A stretch of DNA of 64,000 nt. It comes from a virus. This document shows, piece by piece, positions 62,518-64,000 of the stretch. Both the position numbers and the translations under genes were made by a program. The notes below the pieces were generated by a model. It was not told the origin of the DNA. It saw only the letters and a program-made list of their open reading frames with translations, and ran no database searches. Location: the IMG/VR virus record IMGVR_UViG_3300024346_000022, positions 1 through 64,000 of that record, one strand, 5' to 3'. The first letter of the stretch is position 1; each line of letters starts with the position of its first letter.

Positions 62518-62913
62518 ATGAAAACTTATAAAGAATTTATATCAATACTTGAAAAGTTTAAACCATTTCCTGAAGATAGTGTAAGTAGACAAATTGAAAG
62601 AAAAAAGAAAAGTGGTTCTAATGAAGATGCTCATAAGATGAAGGTTGCTAAAAATTTTATGACTAAATCAGGTAATAGTAATAATGCAAAAAGGTCAGTA
62701 GATACTATTAAAAAGAATTTATATGCAACTGTTCATAAAGGAAACCCAGACGGTATTAATGCTAAAAATGTGGATGTTATTAGTAGGATTGTAAAAGGGC
62801 ACACTAAAAAGTCTAAATTAAAAGATTTAGACCAACAGTCGGATTTTAACAAGAAAAACAAAGACGCAAAAAATAAACTCAATAAAATATATCAAAGAAA
62901 TGAAAATACCTGA
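62518..62913 (+). CDS. Basic protein with T4 capsid-targeting-sequence-like N-terminus (candidate internal head protein)
   Basis: Starts MKTYKEFISILE; late-promoter-like GATAAATA at 62496-62503. Confidence 0.6.
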   Translation: MKTYKEFISILEKFKPFPEDSVSRQIERKKKSGSNEDAHKMKVAKNFMTKSGNSNNAKRSVDTIKKNLYATVHKGNPDGINAKNVDVISRIVKGHTKKSKLKDLDQQSDFNKKNKDAKNKLNKIYQRNENT

Positions 62914-63271
62914 AAAAACAAAATTATTAGAATTGTATTCTTATGGTATTGAAAGTTTTGTATTAAATCTTCAAGATTACTTAAAGACTGATAATAAGGT
63001 ATCCGAATTAAAATCTCATATTGGATTTAAACTTTCAGAAATTTCTGGTATCATATTTGATTATAATGGAGACAAAAAATTATTCCTGATGAGATTAAAG
63101 AGAAATAAGAAGCAAACGGTTACTTACTGCCTTGAACTATTATCTGTTGAATGGTGTGAAGATATTATAGTTCTTATGAAAAGGATTAGTAATAAAAAAC
63201 ACTGCTGGAGAATAGTTCAAGATAAAAAGTTAGAGTATTCTTGGGATTTTATTGAGAACATTTTTGATTAA
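62900..63271 (+). CDS. Hypothetical protein
   Basis: Overlaps the upstream ORF; lies inside the cassette. Confidence 0.6.
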   Translation: MKIPEKTKLLELYSYGIESFVLNLQDYLKTDNKVSELKSHIGFKLSEISGIIFDYNGDKKLFLMRLKRNKKQTVTYCLELLSVEWCEDIIVLMKRISNKKHCWRIVQDKKLEYSWDFIENIFD

Positions 63272-63333
63272 AGTAGAGATATAAGGAAGAGGAACATACC
63301 GAATGCTATGAAGGTTGCGAGGATTGTTAGCAT
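63268..63333 (-). CDS. 21-aa hydrophobic micropeptide MLTILATFIAFGMFLFLISLL
   Basis: Starts immediately after the stop of 63335-63562; its coding region is the duplicated repeat. Confidence 0.45.
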   Translation of the reverse strand: MLTILATFIAFGMFLFLISLL

Positions 63334-63334
63334 T

Positions 63335-63562
63335 TTAGTTCTTATAAAGGTCTTCTAATCTTTCTTTGGTGAGGTCAACATATAAAAGTTCATCACCTTC
63401 TTTTGGTGCCTCTGGGTGTTGAGGTTTTCTTGGAGTTCTCATTTCTTTATTGATGGATTGGATGTTTCCCCACATCATCGCAAAGGCACCTCCGGCGATG
63501 ACTGCGAAGAATGTGAAGTAGATGAAGATTAGAAAGGGGTTCATTTTCTTCCAATCCTCCAA
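63335..63562 (-). CDS. Small membrane protein (DUF2973-like; start probably 63544)
   Basis: TM helix, AFAMMWGNI, HPEAP..GDELLYV. Confidence 0.6.
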   Translation of the reverse strand: MEDWKKMNPFLIFIYFTFFAVIAGGAFAMMWGNIQSINKEMRTPRKPQHPEAPKEGDELLYVDLTKERLEDLYKN

Positions 63563-64000
63563 CCATCACCAGGGCATTCTAACACAAGTTTACAATTTCC
63601 GAGACCATCATTCCACCATTTTTTACCTTTCTTTGCTTCACTTAATTTTTTCCGGGTTTCTTCTGTTGGTTGTTTACCTTTATGTGCTTCACTCATTTTC
63701 TTTCTAGTTTCTTCTGAATATTTTCTTCCTATCATATATTGATTACCTTTTTGTGCCTCACCAACTTTTCTTTTAGTTTCGTCTGAAAGTTTTTTACCAA
63801 CATTCCAAGTATTTCCAATCATTCTCTGTCTGATTTTATCTTTGTGTTCCTCCGATAGTTTTATTCCTTTTCTTTTTTCACTTATTTGTCGTTTTTGTTC
63901 TTCACTCATTTCTTTCCCATAGTTGGGATTTTTTTCACCGACTCTTAGTTCACTTAATTTTTTTCTTGTTTCTTCACTTACTAAAAGTCCAGAAACACCT
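63541..64000 (-). CDS. NUMOD3-repeat homing endonuclease, C-terminal part (5' end beyond the window)
   Basis: Frame stays open to the window edge; repeated SEETRKK(L/M)SE..KGK, KWWNDG...ECPGDGW..GR. Confidence 0.78.
   Translation of the reverse strand, partial: GVSGLLVSEETRKKLSELRVGEKNPNYGKEMSEEQKRQISEKRKGIKLSEEHKDKIRQRMIGNTWNVGKKLSDETKRKVGEAQKGNQYMIGRKYSEETRKKMSEAHKGKQPTEETRKKLSEAKKGKKWWNDGLGNCKLVLECPGDGWRIGRK

Larger units (their letters stand above)
62446..63324. mobile_element. Two-gene cassette flanked by 53-bp direct repeats
   Basis: 62446-62498 and 63272-63324 are identical except for one base; the enclosed genes are on the opposite strand and very AT-rich. Confidence 0.6.

Noticed and set aside
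62446-63324. Diversity-generating retroelement TR/VR pair or IS element
   Set aside because: Only one mismatch between the repeats, and no reverse transcriptase, transposase or terminal inverted repeats in the window.

Overview
AT-rich segment of a T4-like cyanophage (Kyanoviridae-type myovirus; a freshwater host is plausible but cannot be shown), almost entirely on the minus strand. From left to right it holds: an RNA-repair locus (RNA ligase 1, HNH, truncated P-loop kinase); small early genes; a GIY-YIG-like homing endonuclease and an SF2 helicase; large virion proteins; three tRNA genes (tRNA-Leu(UAA) split by a 212-nt group I intron, a CAU tRNA, and a non-canonical long-variable-arm UAU tRNA); fibre module 1 (collagen-like fibre, chaperone, two 2OG-Fe(II) oxygenases); the baseplate/tail cluster (gp5, lysozyme+M23 protein, gp51, gp26, gp4, gp48, gp53); the core gp32-gp59-gp33-exonuclease-phoH-thyX-glutaredoxin block; a glycosyl/methyltransferase cassette; a paralogous fibre module 2; and a two-gene cassette flanked by direct repeats. 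The most striking observation is in the 1334-aa late protein at 57383-61387. It carries an inserted block of four phycobiliprotein-like (globin-fold) units that keep equivalents of both bilin-attachment cysteines (C-x-R-D, Cys84-like, and a beta155-like Cys). The units are arranged as four A/B-helix repeats followed by four E-H-helix repeats, which suggests a possibly bilin-chromophorylated virion protein. All homology calls come from motif recognition by eye; no searches were run.
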